Below, one piece after another: positions 54,138-64,000 of a DNA stretch of 64,000 nt. The number at the start of each line of letters is the position of its first letter. The stretch's first letter is position 1. This DNA comes from Bacteroidales bacterium. Lineage in GTDB: Bacteria > Bacteroidota > Bacteroidia > Bacteroidales > FEN-979. The stretch covers positions 10,541 to 74,540 of the forward strand of contig JBMOIP010000017.1 of assembly GCA_049317265.1 (NCBI GenBank). The letters are read 5' to 3'. The position numbers and the translations under genes were made by a program. The notes beneath the pieces are model-generated. The model saw only the letters and a program-made list of their open reading frames with translations, did not search any database and had not been told where the DNA came from.

Positions 54138-56243
54138 ATGAAAATTCCGTTTCTCGAAACTCCGGTCGAATACCTTAAAGGTGTAGGACCTCCAAGGGCC
54201 GACTTGCTTAAAAAGGAGTTAGGGATTCATACATTCGGAGATTTACTCACTTTTTTTCCTTTCCGGTATGTTGACCGGAGTAAGTTTTACAAAATTTCCG
54301 AAATCAGGGATGAAAACGCTTATGTTCAGATCAGGGCAAGGGTTGTACAGATCCAGACCCTCGGAGCTGCTCATCACCAGCGATTGGTAGCCACAGTGAG
54401 AGATGATAGCGGGGAGATCGACCTTGTCTGGTTCCAGGGAGTGAAATGGGTGTTGGAGATGTTGTCACCCCGGCAGGAGTATGTCATTTTTGGCAAACCT
54501 TCAGTCTTCAATGGCAGGTGGAATATTCCGCACCCCGATCTTGAAATCCCATCCACCCAGCCTTTGCCGCTGCATGAGATGATCAGGCCAATTTATGCTT
54601 CTACGGAGAAATTGAAATCCAAAGGGCTCGACTATAAAGGGATCGGGAAACTTGTCAGGACAATCCTTCTGAATGAGAAATTCTTCATGACCGAGAGTCT
54701 GACACCCGAAATTATTCAACAGCTTCGGTTAATCAACAGGCAGGAGGCTTTTATTAACATACACTTTCCCCAGAGTCCTGAATTACTCAAAAAAGCACAG
54801 ACCAGGCTGAAGTTTGAAGAGTTGTTCTACATTCAGCTTCGCCTGGCGAAACAACGTTACGGACGGCTATTAAAACACGAAGGTCATCAGTTTCTCAGGG
54901 TAGGAGATTATGTCAACCAGTTTTACCATCACCATCTCACATTTGAGCTGACAAATGCCCAAAAGCGGGTGATAAAGGAGATCAGGGTGGACCTGGGTTC
55001 AGGGAACCAGATGAACAGGTTGCTTCAGGGTGATGTGGGCAGCGGTAAAACCCTTGTAGCGCTCATGACAATGCTGATTGCCCTGGATAACCAGTTTCAG
55101 AGTTGTCTTATGGCGCCGACCGAAATTCTTGCACGGCAACATTTTAATACGATCTCGGGAATGCTTGCCGGGCTCAATGTTGTTGTTAAATTACTTACCG
55201 GTTCTACAAAAACTGCCGAACGCCGGGTGATCCAGGAGGGGCTGGATATCGGCACCATCCATATACTTATAGGAACCCATGCGTTAATTGAGGAGAATGT
55301 ACAGTTCAAACACCTGGGGTTGGTAGTGATCGATGAACAGCACCGCTTTGGTGTTGCCCAGCGCGCTAAACTATGGGAGAAAAACATCATAACACCCCAT
55401 ATACTGGTCATGACTGCCACTCCGATTCCCCGTACGCTCGCCATGACACTTTATGGAGACCTCGATACCTCGGTAATAGATGAACTCCCGCCGGGCAGGA
55501 AACCCATCGTAACCAGGCATGCTTATGAACCCGAACGGGGACGGGTATTCCGGTTTATCCGTGAAAAGGTAGGCGAAGGACGGCAGGTTTACATTGTCTT
55601 TCCGTTGATCAAAGAGTCGGAGACCCTCGACCTGAAGAACCTTGAGGACGGTTACCAGGGAGTCATCCTTGAGTTTCCCTCACCACAATATGAGGTGAGC
55701 ATGGTCCATGGCAAGATGAAGCAGAAGGATAAGGATAGCGAAATGAAGCGTTTTCTTGAGCGGAAAACCCAGATCATGGTTGCTACCACCGTCATTGAAG
55801 TAGGGGTGGATGTGCCAAATGCTTCCGTGATGATCATTGAAAATGCGGAACGGTTTGGTCTTTCCCAATTGCACCAGCTAAGGGGCAGGGTTGGGAGGGG
55901 AGCTGATCAGTCCTATTGCATCCTGATGAGCGGATATGAACTTTCGGCAGAGGCGAAAAAGAGGATTGCAACCATGGTTCGAACCAATGATGGTTTTGAA
56001 ATAGCCGAAACGGATCTTCAGCTGAGGGGGCCGGGTGACCTCCAGGGAACCCAGCAAAGCGGTATTATGGATTTGCGGATTGCTGATATTGTCAAAGATG
56101 AGAAAATACTAAAATATGCCAGGAATGTTGCATCGGAAATCATCAACAGCGATCCGGGCCTCGTTAAAAACGGAAATGACATTCTGGCACTTCACCTTCG
56201 CAACATGGACAAAAAGCAGCAAAATTGGGGACTGATCTCTTAG
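54138..56243 (+). CDS. recG: ATP-dependent DNA helicase RecG
   Basis: 701 aa with a wedge domain, Walker A GDVGSGKT, DEQHRFGV, and the C-terminal helicase motif QLRGRVGRG. Confidence 0.9.
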   Translation: MKIPFLETPVEYLKGVGPPRADLLKKELGIHTFGDLLTFFPFRYVDRSKFYKISEIRDENAYVQIRARVVQIQTLGAAHHQRLVATVRDDSGEIDLVWFQGVKWVLEMLSPRQEYVIFGKPSVFNGRWNIPHPDLEIPSTQPLPLHEMIRPIYASTEKLKSKGLDYKGIGKLVRTILLNEKFFMTESLTPEIIQQLRLINRQEAFINIHFPQSPELLKKAQTRLKFEELFYIQLRLAKQRYGRLLKHEGHQFLRVGDYVNQFYHHHLTFELTNAQKRVIKEIRVDLGSGNQMNRLLQGDVGSGKTLVALMTMLIALDNQFQSCLMAPTEILARQHFNTISGMLAGLNVVVKLLTGSTKTAERRVIQEGLDIGTIHILIGTHALIEENVQFKHLGLVVIDEQHRFGVAQRAKLWEKNIITPHILVMTATPIPRTLAMTLYGDLDTSVIDELPPGRKPIVTRHAYEPERGRVFRFIREKVGEGRQVYIVFPLIKESETLDLKNLEDGYQGVILEFPSPQYEVSMVHGKMKQKDKDSEMKRFLERKTQIMVATTVIEVGVDVPNASVMIIENAERFGLSQLHQLRGRVGRGADQSYCILMSGYELSAEAKKRIATMVRTNDGFEIAETDLQLRGPGDLQGTQQSGIMDLRIADIVKDEKILKYARNVASEIINSDPGLVKNGNDILALHLRNMDKKQQNWGLIS

Positions 56244-56262
56244 TAAGAACCGTATTTATTGC

Positions 56263-56270
56263 TAATTTTG
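56263..56270 (+). promoter_or_regulatory. -7 promoter box (TAATTTTG) for pheT
   Basis: Exact TAnnTTTG match 21 nt upstream of the ATG at 56292. Confidence 0.5.
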
Positions 56271-56291
56271 CCCTTTAAATCCATTATTCAA

Positions 56292-58766
56292 ATGAAAATC
56301 TCTTATAACTGGCTTAAGCAATATCATAATCTCACCCTTTCAACTGACAAGGTGGCGGAAATGCTCACTGGGTGCGGACTGGAGGTTGAGAGCCTCGAGA
56401 CCTTTCAGACAGTGAAAGGCGGACTGAAAGGAGTCGTGGTTGGCGAAGTGCTGACATGCGAAAAGCACCCCAATTCCGACCATTTGAGTCTCACTACGGT
56501 TGATACTGGTTCAGGAGGAGAACCCTTGAAGATCGTCTGTGGCGCCTCGAACGTGGCCAAAGGCCAGAAAGTTCTTGTCGCAACCGTCGGAACAACCCTT
56601 TACCTGCCCGGCAAAGAGCTCCTCATTCAGCGTTCAAAGATCAGGGGTGAGGTGTCTGAAGGAATGATCTGTGCTGAAGATGAACTGGGAATCGGTGCGT
56701 CCCATGCCGGTATCATGGTCCTTGAACCTTCTGCAGTTACAGGAACTGCCGCAGCCGATTATTTCCATTTGGAGGAGGATGTAACGTTTACCATCGGGTT
56801 GACTCCAAACAGGGTGGATGCCTCTTCGCACCTGGGTGTTGCACGCGACCTGGTGGCCGTGGCCAACAATTTTGGTCTTGAAGAGCAGCCCAGGAACACC
56901 AGTAACCATTTAATCATGCCGGATGTCTCTGCTTTTAAAGTGGATCACGACAACCGCCATGTCAATGTAGTGGTCGAAGATGTGGTTGCCTGTCCACGGT
57001 ATTCCGGGATAACGGTTTCGGGAATTAAAGTTGAAGACTCCCCCGACTGGTTGAAAAACCGGCTCCTGTGCATTGGTCTCAGGCCAATCAATAACATTGT
57101 CGACATAACCAACTACATCCTGATGGAACTCGGGCAGCCGCTTCACGCGTTTGATGCCGATCACATTGCAGGCAATACCGTAGTTGTGAGAAAATATCCG
57201 AAAGATACAAAGTTCATTACCCTTGACAATATTGAACGCACTCTTTCTGAAAATGACCTGATGATCTCCAATTCCGCTGAGCCCATGTGCATCGCAGGGG
57301 TATTCGGCGGGATAAAATCAGGGGTGACAGCTGAAACAACCAGCGTATTTATCGAAAGCGCTTACTTTGATCCCCGTCATATCCGGAAAAGCTCAAAGTT
57401 TCATGGCCTTCAGACAGATGCCTCTTTCAGGTTCGAACGCGGAACAAATCCTGATATCACGGTTTATGCCCTCAAACGGGCAGCCATGATGATCAGGGAG
57501 ATTGCAGGCGGTGAAATCTCCTCCGAAATTGTTGATTTTTATCCGAACCCGGTAGCTCCGCAGATTGTATTCCTCTCCTTTGCGAATCTTGACCGATTGA
57601 TTGGGAAGGTTCTTAACCGCAATGTGGTCAGAAACATCCTCACCGACCTGGGAATTGTCATCCTGGAGGAGGTTCAGGACTCGGGAATAAAACTTGAAAT
57701 TCCGGCCTATAAGGTTGATGTTACCCGTGAAGCAGATGTAATCGAAGAGATTTTAAGGGTTTATGGTTACAATAATATTGAACTCCATGATGAGGTAAGG
57801 GCTTCTTTATCTTTTACGGTCAACCCCGATCCGGAAAAGGCACAGAACCTTGTTTCAGATTTTCTTGCTGCCAACGGATTCAATGAGATTATGAATAATT
57901 CGTTGTCTAAGTCGGCCTATTACACCGAAAATCCAGATTTCCCTGTTGAGCAGTCGGTGAAAATGTTAAACCCGATCAGCCGCGATCTGGATGTGATGAG
58001 GCAGACGTTGCTTTATGGCGCTCTTGAGAGTATTGTTTACAACCACAACCGGAAGATCACCGACCTGAAGATGTTTGAATTCGGCAGGGTTTATTCGGTT
58101 GGCTCTTCGAAAAAGGATCCTCTGCAAGGATATCACGAAGAGAAACACCTGGCCCTGGTCATGACCGGAAGAGCACAGCCTGAAAACTGGAACACCGCAG
58201 GCAGACAAGTCGATTTTTACGACCTGAAAGGGTATTTTGAAGGGCTATGCCTGAAATTGGCGATCCCGCAGGATAAATGGTCTCTTCTGCCTTATCAGTC
58301 GGGCACCGTTTCAAATGGATTGCAATATGTCGTGAATGGGAAACCACTTTTAATCATCGGTATGATTAGCCAGCAGGTAATGAAGGCGTTCGATTGCCGG
58401 CAACCGGTTTGTTATGCCGAGGTGAACTGGGACCTTCTGTTCTCCATGATCCCTTCAAAAAATCTTCAATACAAGGGTATTCCTAAGTTCCCTGAAGTGA
58501 GGCGTGATCTGGCGCTTCTTGTTGACAAGGAGATCACCTATCTGCAAATCGAAAAGCTCGCATTTCAGACAGAGCGTAAACTCCTCAGGAAAGTCGGTTT
58601 GTTTGACGTGTATGAAGGTGAGAAACTCGCCGCCGGAAAAAAATCGTATGCCCTCAGTTTCATACTGCAGGATGAAGAGAAAACCCTGACGGATAAAGAG
58701 ATAGAAAAAACCATGGAGAAAATACTCAAGGCCATGGCCACTACATTTAACGCACAGCTCAGATAA
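56292..58766 (+). CDS. pheT: Phenylalanine--tRNA ligase beta subunit
   Basis: The start is at the ATG at 56292 ([11 protein letters not shown]). The protein has a tRNA-binding domain, B3/4 and B5 domains, and a C-terminal FDX-ACB domain. Confidence 0.9.
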   Translation: MKISYNWLKQYHNLTLSTDKVAEMLTGCGLEVESLETFQTVKGGLKGVVVGEVLTCEKHPNSDHLSLTTVDTGSGGEPLKIVCGASNVAKGQKVLVATVGTTLYLPGKELLIQRSKIRGEVSEGMICAEDELGIGASHAGIMVLEPSAVTGTAAADYFHLEEDVTFTIGLTPNRVDASSHLGVARDLVAVANNFGLEEQPRNTSNHLIMPDVSAFKVDHDNRHVNVVVEDVVACPRYSGITVSGIKVEDSPDWLKNRLLCIGLRPINNIVDITNYILMELGQPLHAFDADHIAGNTVVVRKYPKDTKFITLDNIERTLSENDLMISNSAEPMCIAGVFGGIKSGVTAETTSVFIESAYFDPRHIRKSSKFHGLQTDASFRFERGTNPDITVYALKRAAMMIREIAGGEISSEIVDFYPNPVAPQIVFLSFANLDRLIGKVLNRNVVRNILTDLGIVILEEVQDSGIKLEIPAYKVDVTREADVIEEILRVYGYNNIELHDEVRASLSFTVNPDPEKAQNLVSDFLAANGFNEIMNNSLSKSAYYTENPDFPVEQSVKMLNPISRDLDVMRQTLLYGALESIVYNHNRKITDLKMFEFGRVYSVGSSKKDPLQGYHEEKHLALVMTGRAQPENWNTAGRQVDFYDLKGYFEGLCLKLAIPQDKWSLLPYQSGTVSNGLQYVVNGKPLLIIGMISQQVMKAFDCRQPVCYAEVNWDLLFSMIPSKNLQYKGIPKFPEVRRDLALLVDKEITYLQIEKLAFQTERKLLRKVGLFDVYEGEKLAAGKKSYALSFILQDEEKTLTDKEIEKTMEKILKAMATTFNAQLR

Positions 58767-58774
58767 TTTATTCC

Positions 58775-60004
58775 ATGGATATTCAGTCAATTAAGCAGCG
58801 ATTTGGGATCATTGGAAACTCGCCACTGCTCGACCGGGCGATTGATATTGCCCGCCAGGTTGCCGCCACCGACATTACTGTTTTGATCAGCGGAGAGAGT
58901 GGGACAGGAAAGGAGTTTTTTCCAAAAATCATCCACCAGATGAGTGCCCGCAAGCATGGGCCCTATATCGCTGTGAATTGCGGTGCTATTCCTGAAGGCA
59001 CCATTGATTCAGAACTCTTCGGACACGAAAAAGGATCCTTTACAGGGGCTCATGAAGCACGCAAAGGCTACTTTGAAGTGGTTGACGGAGGCACTATTTT
59101 CCTGGATGAAGTGGCCGAACTTCCCCTGGGGACACAGGTAAGATTGCTAAGAGTGTTGGAATCAGGCGAATTTATGCGGGTGGGCTCATCCAAAGTGCTG
59201 AAGACAAATGTCAGGGTTGTCGGAGCAACGAATGTGAACATACCTGATGCAATTGCCAACGGCAAATTCCGGCAGGATCTCTATTACCGTTTGAATACCG
59301 TTCCAATTCTTGTTCCGCCACTGCGGGAAAGAAAAGAGGATATTTACCTGCTCTTCAGAAAATTTGCCTCCGATGCAGCCGAAAAGTACAGGATGCCTTC
59401 CATCCAGCTTGACGAAGATGCCCAGGAGGTGCTCAGGTCTTTCAGGTGGCCGGGGAATATCCGCCAGCTGAAAAATCTCACGGAGCAAATTTCCATCATC
59501 GAAAAGGAGAGGATCATCAATGGCGCAACCCTGCTCAAATATATGCCGCAGGGCCAGTCAAGTGAGTTGCCGGTGCTTTATAAAAATGAGGATTCAGGCA
59601 AATTCAATGAACGGGAGTTGCTATATAAGGTGTTGTTTGATATGAAGAAGGACATGAATGACCTGAAGCAGCTGGTGATGAACCTCATGCAACAGGATGA
59701 AGATATCTCTGATAATCTTGGCGAGAACACGCACCTGATCCAAAGACTTTACAAAGACCAGGAAGAGGTAAAAGAACCGTCCCGTCCCATCATTATGCAT
59801 CGTCACGATGACAGGTTCGATGACCATGAGGCGATCCTGGAGCCGGAAGAGGTTGAGGAGTCTCTTTCCCTTGAAAAGAAGGAGATAGACTTCATTAAAC
59901 GGGCGCTTTCAAAACACGAAGGAAAGAGGAAGGATGCTGCCAATGAACTGGGTATTTCCGAACGAACCTTGTACCGTAAGATCAAGGAATATAACATCGA
60001 ATAA
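58775..60004 (+). CDS. Sigma-54-dependent transcriptional activator (AAA+ domain plus Fis-type HTH, no N-terminal sensor domain)
   Basis: 409 aa. The AAA+ domain begins at about residue 10 (GNSPLL...), with Walker A GESGTGKE, a GAFTGA-like loop GSFTGA, and WPGNIRQL. The C-terminal HTH is [19 protein letters not shown]. Confidence 0.85.
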   Translation: MDIQSIKQRFGIIGNSPLLDRAIDIARQVAATDITVLISGESGTGKEFFPKIIHQMSARKHGPYIAVNCGAIPEGTIDSELFGHEKGSFTGAHEARKGYFEVVDGGTIFLDEVAELPLGTQVRLLRVLESGEFMRVGSSKVLKTNVRVVGATNVNIPDAIANGKFRQDLYYRLNTVPILVPPLRERKEDIYLLFRKFASDAAEKYRMPSIQLDEDAQEVLRSFRWPGNIRQLKNLTEQISIIEKERIINGATLLKYMPQGQSSELPVLYKNEDSGKFNERELLYKVLFDMKKDMNDLKQLVMNLMQQDEDISDNLGENTHLIQRLYKDQEEVKEPSRPIIMHRHDDRFDDHEAILEPEEVEESLSLEKKEIDFIKRALSKHEGKRKDAANELGISERTLYRKIKEYNIE

Positions 60005-60041
60005 TATTGCTTATCTTTGAAAATCAGTTGAAAACGTGGTG

Positions 60042-60581
60042 ATGCGTCGACTTTTTCGTTATAATGGATTTTCTCTCCTGAAATGGGTTGTGCCATCGAT
60101 GGTTTTTCTTATGGTTTTATTTGCGTCATGTCGTGTAAGTTATTCCTTTACCGGGGCATCCATTTCACCCAATGTTAAAACGGTCTCCATTGCCTATTTC
60201 CCGAATAATGCCGGACTTGTTGTACCGACCTTGTCAAGAACCTTCACCGATGCGCTGCGTGACTACTTCACGTCCCAAACCAACCTTAACCTGGTTGACC
60301 GCAATGGGGACCTGAACCTTGAGGGCGCCATCACACAATATGCCGTTCAGCCTGTCGCCATCCAGGGCAATGAAACTGCAGCGCTTAACAGGCTTACCAT
60401 TGTTGTGAGTGTGAAATTTACCAATAAAACCGATTCAAAGCAGGTGTGGGAAAATACTTTTTCCAGATACCAGGACTACCCCAGCACCTCAAACCTCGTT
60501 TCAGTCCAGGAAAAACTCATCGGGGAAATTACCGATCAGCTTGTACAGGACATTTTCAATAAAGCAGTTGTCAACTGGTAA
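60042..60581 (+). CDS. LptE-family-like outer membrane lipoprotein
   Basis: The ATG at 60042 follows two GTG codons. The lipobox is LFASC. The SYSFTGASISPNVKTVSIAYFPNNA pattern matches my recollection of Bacteroidota proteins annotated as LptE family. Confidence 0.5.
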   Translation: MRRLFRYNGFSLLKWVVPSMVFLMVLFASCRVSYSFTGASISPNVKTVSIAYFPNNAGLVVPTLSRTFTDALRDYFTSQTNLNLVDRNGDLNLEGAITQYAVQPVAIQGNETAALNRLTIVVSVKFTNKTDSKQVWENTFSRYQDYPSTSNLVSVQEKLIGEITDQLVQDIFNKAVVNW

Positions 60582-60607
60582 CAATATATCACGACGATTC
60601 ATACAGT

Positions 60608-61387
60608 ATGAACAGCCAGCAGTTTCTCGCAATGTTAAATGAACCAGGTTCAGTGGATGACAGGAGTTTGTTGCTTGTTGAGGATTTGACTGAAAGGTAC
60701 CCTTATTGCCAATCGGGGCAGCTGTTGCTCGCCGGCAGTTACTATCTGCTCGACAACAGGAATTACCCTGACCAGCTTAAGAAAGCGGCCGCATGTGCCG
60801 GGGACCGGCGGGTATTGCGGGCATTGATAGGACAGGTAAGAACAGCGGAAATTGTACAGTCTGCAGAAATTGTACATTCTGCAGAAGTTCTGTTGCCGGA
60901 ACCGGTTCCATTTGTACAGCCGGAACCACAGGATTTCCGAATCTTCGAGAACGAAGTTTTTACACATGAGCGACTGACTCCTGAGGAGCTGCTTTCCATT
61001 GTGAAAAGGCGACTGGCTGAAATTGAATCTGAGAAGAAACTTGATCTTTCCACAGCAGGGGTGCCACCGGAATCAGCTAAGGAAAACCTCGCCCCGGGAA
61101 CTGGCAACGCAGAGATGGCGGCCCAAATGTCGAAGGAGTCGCTGATTGATAAGTTTATCCTGGAAGAACCAAGAATCTCAAAACCGAAAGCCGCTTTTTT
61201 CAACCCTTCCGACAGTTCCTTCCGCAGTAACTTTGATGAGGAGGAGATTGTAAGTGAAACGCTGGCGCAATTATATGCGCAACAAGGCAATATACAGAAG
61301 GCCATTCATATTTATGACAAATTATCCTTGATTAATCAAGAAAAAAGTCGTTACTTTGCAGCCCAAATTGAAAAACTCAGCTCGTGA
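60608..61387 (+). CDS. Hypothetical protein with C-terminal TPR-like helix pair
   Basis: 259 aa. The C-terminus TLAQLYAQQGNIQKAIHIYDKLSLINQEKSRYFAAQIEKL looks TPR-like. The protein contains an in-frame 18-bp tandem repeat. No family is recognised. Confidence 0.5.
   Translation: MNSQQFLAMLNEPGSVDDRSLLLVEDLTERYPYCQSGQLLLAGSYYLLDNRNYPDQLKKAAACAGDRRVLRALIGQVRTAEIVQSAEIVHSAEVLLPEPVPFVQPEPQDFRIFENEVFTHERLTPEELLSIVKRRLAEIESEKKLDLSTAGVPPESAKENLAPGTGNAEMAAQMSKESLIDKFILEEPRISKPKAAFFNPSDSSFRSNFDEEEIVSETLAQLYAQQGNIQKAIHIYDKLSLINQEKSRYFAAQIEKLSS
60845..60889 (+). repeat. In-frame 18-bp tandem repeat (2.5 copies) encoding AEIVQS-AEIVHS-AEV
   Basis: GCGGAAATTGTACAGTCT / GCAGAAATTGTACATTCT / GCAGAAGTT, read directly from the sequence. 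The repeat starts on a codon boundary. Confidence 0.85.
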
Positions 61388-61406
61388 GTGTCAGGTTGGG
61401 TCATTA

Positions 61407-61436
61407 GTAAATCATAAATCGTAAATTGAAATCGAA
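61407..61436. repeat. Short irregular 6-8-bp tandem array (GTAAATCA TAAATC GTAAATT GAAATC GAAAT)
   Basis: Read directly from the sequence, immediately upstream of the secG ATG at 61437. Confidence 0.55.
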
Positions 61437-61772
61437 ATGGGTCTTTACATTTTAATCTCCGTTCTTATCCTGATCGTCTGTGTATTGATGGTGTTGGTTG
61501 TTTTAGTCCAGAATTCAAAAGGTGGTGGATTGGCGTCAAATTTTGCCTCCTCCAATCAATTCATGGGTGTTCGCAAAACGGCTGATTTTCTTGAAAAAAC
61601 CACCTGGACGCTGGCCCTTACCTTGCTGGTTCTGAGCCTTTTTTCCATTTTTGTGATTCCGAAATCACAGGGTAAAGCTGAATCCACCCAGAGTGAGATT
61701 CAAAAACAGATCGATGAAAGCAAAACTGCTCCCATCCAGGATTTTCAGGCTCCTCCCGCACAGAAAAAATAG
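61437..61772 (+). CDS. secG: Preprotein translocase subunit SecG
   Basis: 111 aa with two TM helices and the motif LVQNSKGGGLAS typical of SecG. Confidence 0.8.
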   Translation: MGLYILISVLILIVCVLMVLVVLVQNSKGGGLASNFASSNQFMGVRKTADFLEKTTWTLALTLLVLSLFSIFVIPKSQGKAESTQSEIQKQIDESKTAPIQDFQAPPAQKK

Positions 61773-61811
61773 CATCTCCCTGCCTCAGCAGTCAATATAA
61801 TAGTGTCAGAT

Positions 61812-61843
61812 TGTCAGAACAGTCTGACATTTTTATTTTTTTT
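61812..61843 (+). terminator. Rho-independent terminator after secG
   Basis: TGTCAGA-ACAG-TCTGACA hairpin followed by TTTTTATTTTTTTT. Confidence 0.7.
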
Positions 61844-61973
61844 CAGCCATAAACTGAAAAATTGTCCATATTTCTACCCGTGAATCCTTTTGGCACAAAT
61901 TATGACTCCAACGGAGCACCCGCATCAAAGGGTAAAAAAATTGTAATGTTTAACTTTTAAATGATAACGTAAA

Positions 61974-62252
61974 ATGGCAAATGTGAAAATTAAACCGTTG
62001 GCTGACCGCGTATTGGTTGAAGCTGCCGCTGCTGAAGATAAAACAGCCGGGGGAATCATCATTCCTGATACAGCAAAAGAGAAACCCCAGAAAGGAACTG
62101 TCGTTGCGGTTGGTCCCGGTAAGAAGGACGAACCCATGACCGTTAAAATCGGAGATAGCGTACTCTATGGTAAATATGCCGGTACAGAGATCACCATTGA
62201 TGGTGCAAATTACCTCATCATGCGTGAATCTGACATCGTTGCAATAGTTTAA
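61974..62252 (+). CDS. groES: Co-chaperonin GroES
   Basis: 92 aa with [11 protein letters not shown]...[25 protein letters not shown]. Confidence 0.95.
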   Translation: MANVKIKPLADRVLVEAAAAEDKTAGGIIIPDTAKEKPQKGTVVAVGPGKKDEPMTVKIGDSVLYGKYAGTEITIDGANYLIMRESDIVAIV

Positions 62253-62303
62253 CCATCCTTTTTCCCAAGCAATCAAGAAACAATACTATAAAAATAAATA
62301 ACC

Positions 62304-63941
62304 ATGGCAAAAGATATCATCTTTAGCATAAAAGCGAGAGAAGCGTTAAAGAAAGGTGTAGATGAACTTTCTAACGCAGTGAAAGTGACTTTAGGTCCTA
62401 AGGGACGCAACGTCATCATTGACAAATCATACGGCTCACCCATCGTAACGAAAGATGGTGTAACCGTTGCAAAAGAAGTTGAACTGAAGGATCCTGTTGA
62501 AAACATGGGCGCCCAGATGGTAAAGGAAGTTGCTTCCAAAACCAGCGATCTGGCCGGTGACGGAACAACCACTGCAACCGTACTTGCCCAGGCTATCTTC
62601 ACAACCGGGTTGAAAAATGTTACAGCCGGTGCAAACCCGATGGACCTGAAAAGGGGAATCGACAAAGCTGTTACAGAAGTCATCAAGTCGCTGAAAGCAC
62701 AAACCAAGCAGGTTGGCGACAGCATGGAGAAGATCGAGCAGGTTGCCACCATCTCTGCCAACAATGACCAGTTCATTGGCAAGATGATAGCCGAAGCACT
62801 GGCCAAAGTGAAAAAAGAGGGTGTAATTACCATTGAAGAGGCCAAAGGCATTGAAACTACTGTGAAAGTGGTAGAAGGCATGCAATTTGACCGTGGTTAT
62901 ATCAGCCCCTATTTTGTGACGGATACCGATAAAATGGAAGTTGTTTATGACACTCCGTACATCCTGATCTATGACAAAAAGGTGAGCGTAATGAAAGACC
63001 TTCTCCCGGTGTTGGAAAAAGTTGTTCAAACCGGTCGCCCGCTGATCATTGTCAGCGAAGATGTGGAAGGCGAAGCTCTTGCTACCTTGGTTGTTAACAA
63101 GATCCGGGGCACCCTGAAAGTTGCTGCCGTTAAGGCTCCTGGATTCGGCGACCGCCGCAAGGAGATGCTCGAAGATATCGCCGTTCTGACTGGTGGTACC
63201 GTCATCAGCGAGGAGAAAGGCTTCAAACTGGAAGATGCTACATTACAGTATCTTGGACAGGCTGAAAAGGTTACCATTGACAAGGAAAATACAACCATCA
63301 TCAATGGCCACGGTAAAAAGGAAGACATAACCGGCCGTATCAACCAGATCAAAACACAAATCGGAACAACAACTTCCGATTATGATAAGGAAAAACTGCA
63401 GGAACGCCTCGCCAAATTAGCCGGCGGTGTAGCAGTGATCTATGTTGGTGCTGCTTCTGAAGTTGAAATGAAAGAGAAGAAAGATCGTTTTGACGATGCA
63501 CTTCATGCAACCCGTGCTGCCATTGAAGAGGGAATCATCCCTGGTGGTGGTGTTGCTTACCTTCGTGCTCAGAAAGTCATTGAGAACCTGAAAGGTTCAA
63601 ATGAAGATGAAACCACCGGAATCGCCATCGTAAAACGCGCTTTGGAAGAACCACTTCGCCAGATCGTTGAAAACGCAGGACTCGAAGGCTCTGTTGTTGT
63701 TCAGAAAGTAAAGGATGGCAAAGATGACTTTGGTTTCAATGCCCGTACCGATGTTTATGAAAACCTCTACCAGGCAGGTGTAATCGATCCTACCAAAGTT
63801 GCACGTGTTGCGCTTGAAAACGCTGCCTCCATTGCAAGTATGCTCCTTACTACCGAATGTGTTCTTGCAACCCATAAGGAAGAAAAATCGGCCATGCCCC
63901 CTATGAACCCGGGAATGGGCGGAATGGGTGACATGTACTAA
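62304..63941 (+). CDS. groEL: Chaperonin GroEL
   Basis: 545 aa with [12 protein letters not shown] and the C-terminal [10 protein letters not shown] repeat. Confidence 0.95.
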   Translation: MAKDIIFSIKAREALKKGVDELSNAVKVTLGPKGRNVIIDKSYGSPIVTKDGVTVAKEVELKDPVENMGAQMVKEVASKTSDLAGDGTTTATVLAQAIFTTGLKNVTAGANPMDLKRGIDKAVTEVIKSLKAQTKQVGDSMEKIEQVATISANNDQFIGKMIAEALAKVKKEGVITIEEAKGIETTVKVVEGMQFDRGYISPYFVTDTDKMEVVYDTPYILIYDKKVSVMKDLLPVLEKVVQTGRPLIIVSEDVEGEALATLVVNKIRGTLKVAAVKAPGFGDRRKEMLEDIAVLTGGTVISEEKGFKLEDATLQYLGQAEKVTIDKENTTIINGHGKKEDITGRINQIKTQIGTTTSDYDKEKLQERLAKLAGGVAVIYVGAASEVEMKEKKDRFDDALHATRAAIEEGIIPGGGVAYLRAQKVIENLKGSNEDETTGIAIVKRALEEPLRQIVENAGLEGSVVVQKVKDGKDDFGFNARTDVYENLYQAGVIDPTKVARVALENAASIASMLLTTECVLATHKEEKSAMPPMNPGMGGMGDMY

Positions 63942-63964
63942 CCGTTGACAACATTGTTAAAAAA

Positions 63965-63990
63965 AGCCCTGACCACTCAGGGCTTTTTTA
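63965..63990 (+). terminator. Rho-independent terminator after groEL
   Basis: AGCCCTGA-CCAC-TCAGGGCT hairpin followed by TTTTTT. Confidence 0.85.
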
Positions 63991-64000
63991 TTATATTTTA

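Noticed and set aside
60763-61305. 180-aa minus-strand ORF opposite the hypothetical gene
   Set aside because: Its translation is Ser/Cys-rich and low in complexity. The plus-strand ORF fits the co-directional gene string and has a TPR-like C-terminus, so the plus frame is preferred. Neither frame is proven.
61891-61906. TGGCAC motif upstream of groES as a sigma-54 -24 element
   Set aside because: The -12 position reads ATGA rather than TTGC, and the spacing and consensus are not met. It is probably a chance hexamer.
61844-61973. CIRCE (HrcA) operator upstream of groES
   Set aside because: No match to TTAGCACTC-N9-GAGTGCTAA, or to any comparable inverted repeat, was found in the groES upstream region.
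62273-63029. Two long minus-strand ORFs (202 and 197 aa) inside groEL
   Set aside because: They are antisense to an unambiguous groEL reading frame. Their low-complexity Ser/Thr/Phe-rich translations are typical of shadow frames.

Overview
This 64-kb window looks like an ordinary chromosomal segment of a Bacteroidota genome, probably an anaerobe. Evidence: Bacteroidota-type TAnnTTTG promoter boxes sit upstream of many genes, a complete porP-gldKLMN type IX secretion (T9SS) core cluster plus a SprE/PorW-like lipoprotein is present, and at least two predicted cargo proteins carry C-terminal sorting domains. About 55 protein genes fill almost the whole window. They include housekeeping genes (greA, purF, dxr, rseP, recG, pheT, secG, groES/groEL, fabD, folE). 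There is a selenium module (selU plus a NifS-like/SelD fusion). A TetR-flanked RND efflux set is present, as are two paralogous ECF sigma/anti-sigma modules around a PKD-domain T9SS cargo gene. On the minus strand, tnaA, a GAF/fRMsr gene and mntP run in tandem; on the plus strand, ptb and buk are separated by an amino acid permease gene. A nucleotide-sugar block comprises wbpE/D/B-like genes, galE and rfbB. I recognised no rRNA, tRNA, CRISPR array, transposase, integrase or phage gene, and I cannot point to a convincing new multi-gene system. The most unusual signal is non-coding. Three intergenic tandem arrays of an 8-bp unit share a common register (G-Y-R-R-A-C-N-G, read on one strand or the other), and there are two weaker 6-8-bp arrays. 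Secondary curiosities are an anti-sigma-like protein fused to an outer-membrane beta-barrel and a beta-sandwich module shared by a T9SS cargo protein and the neighbouring anti-sigma protein. Others are the NifS-SelD fusion, orphan AtpZ/AtpI-like genes without ATP synthase genes, and two hairpins sharing a GAGACGGCC core. All functional calls come from motifs read by eye in the supplied translations; no database search was run.
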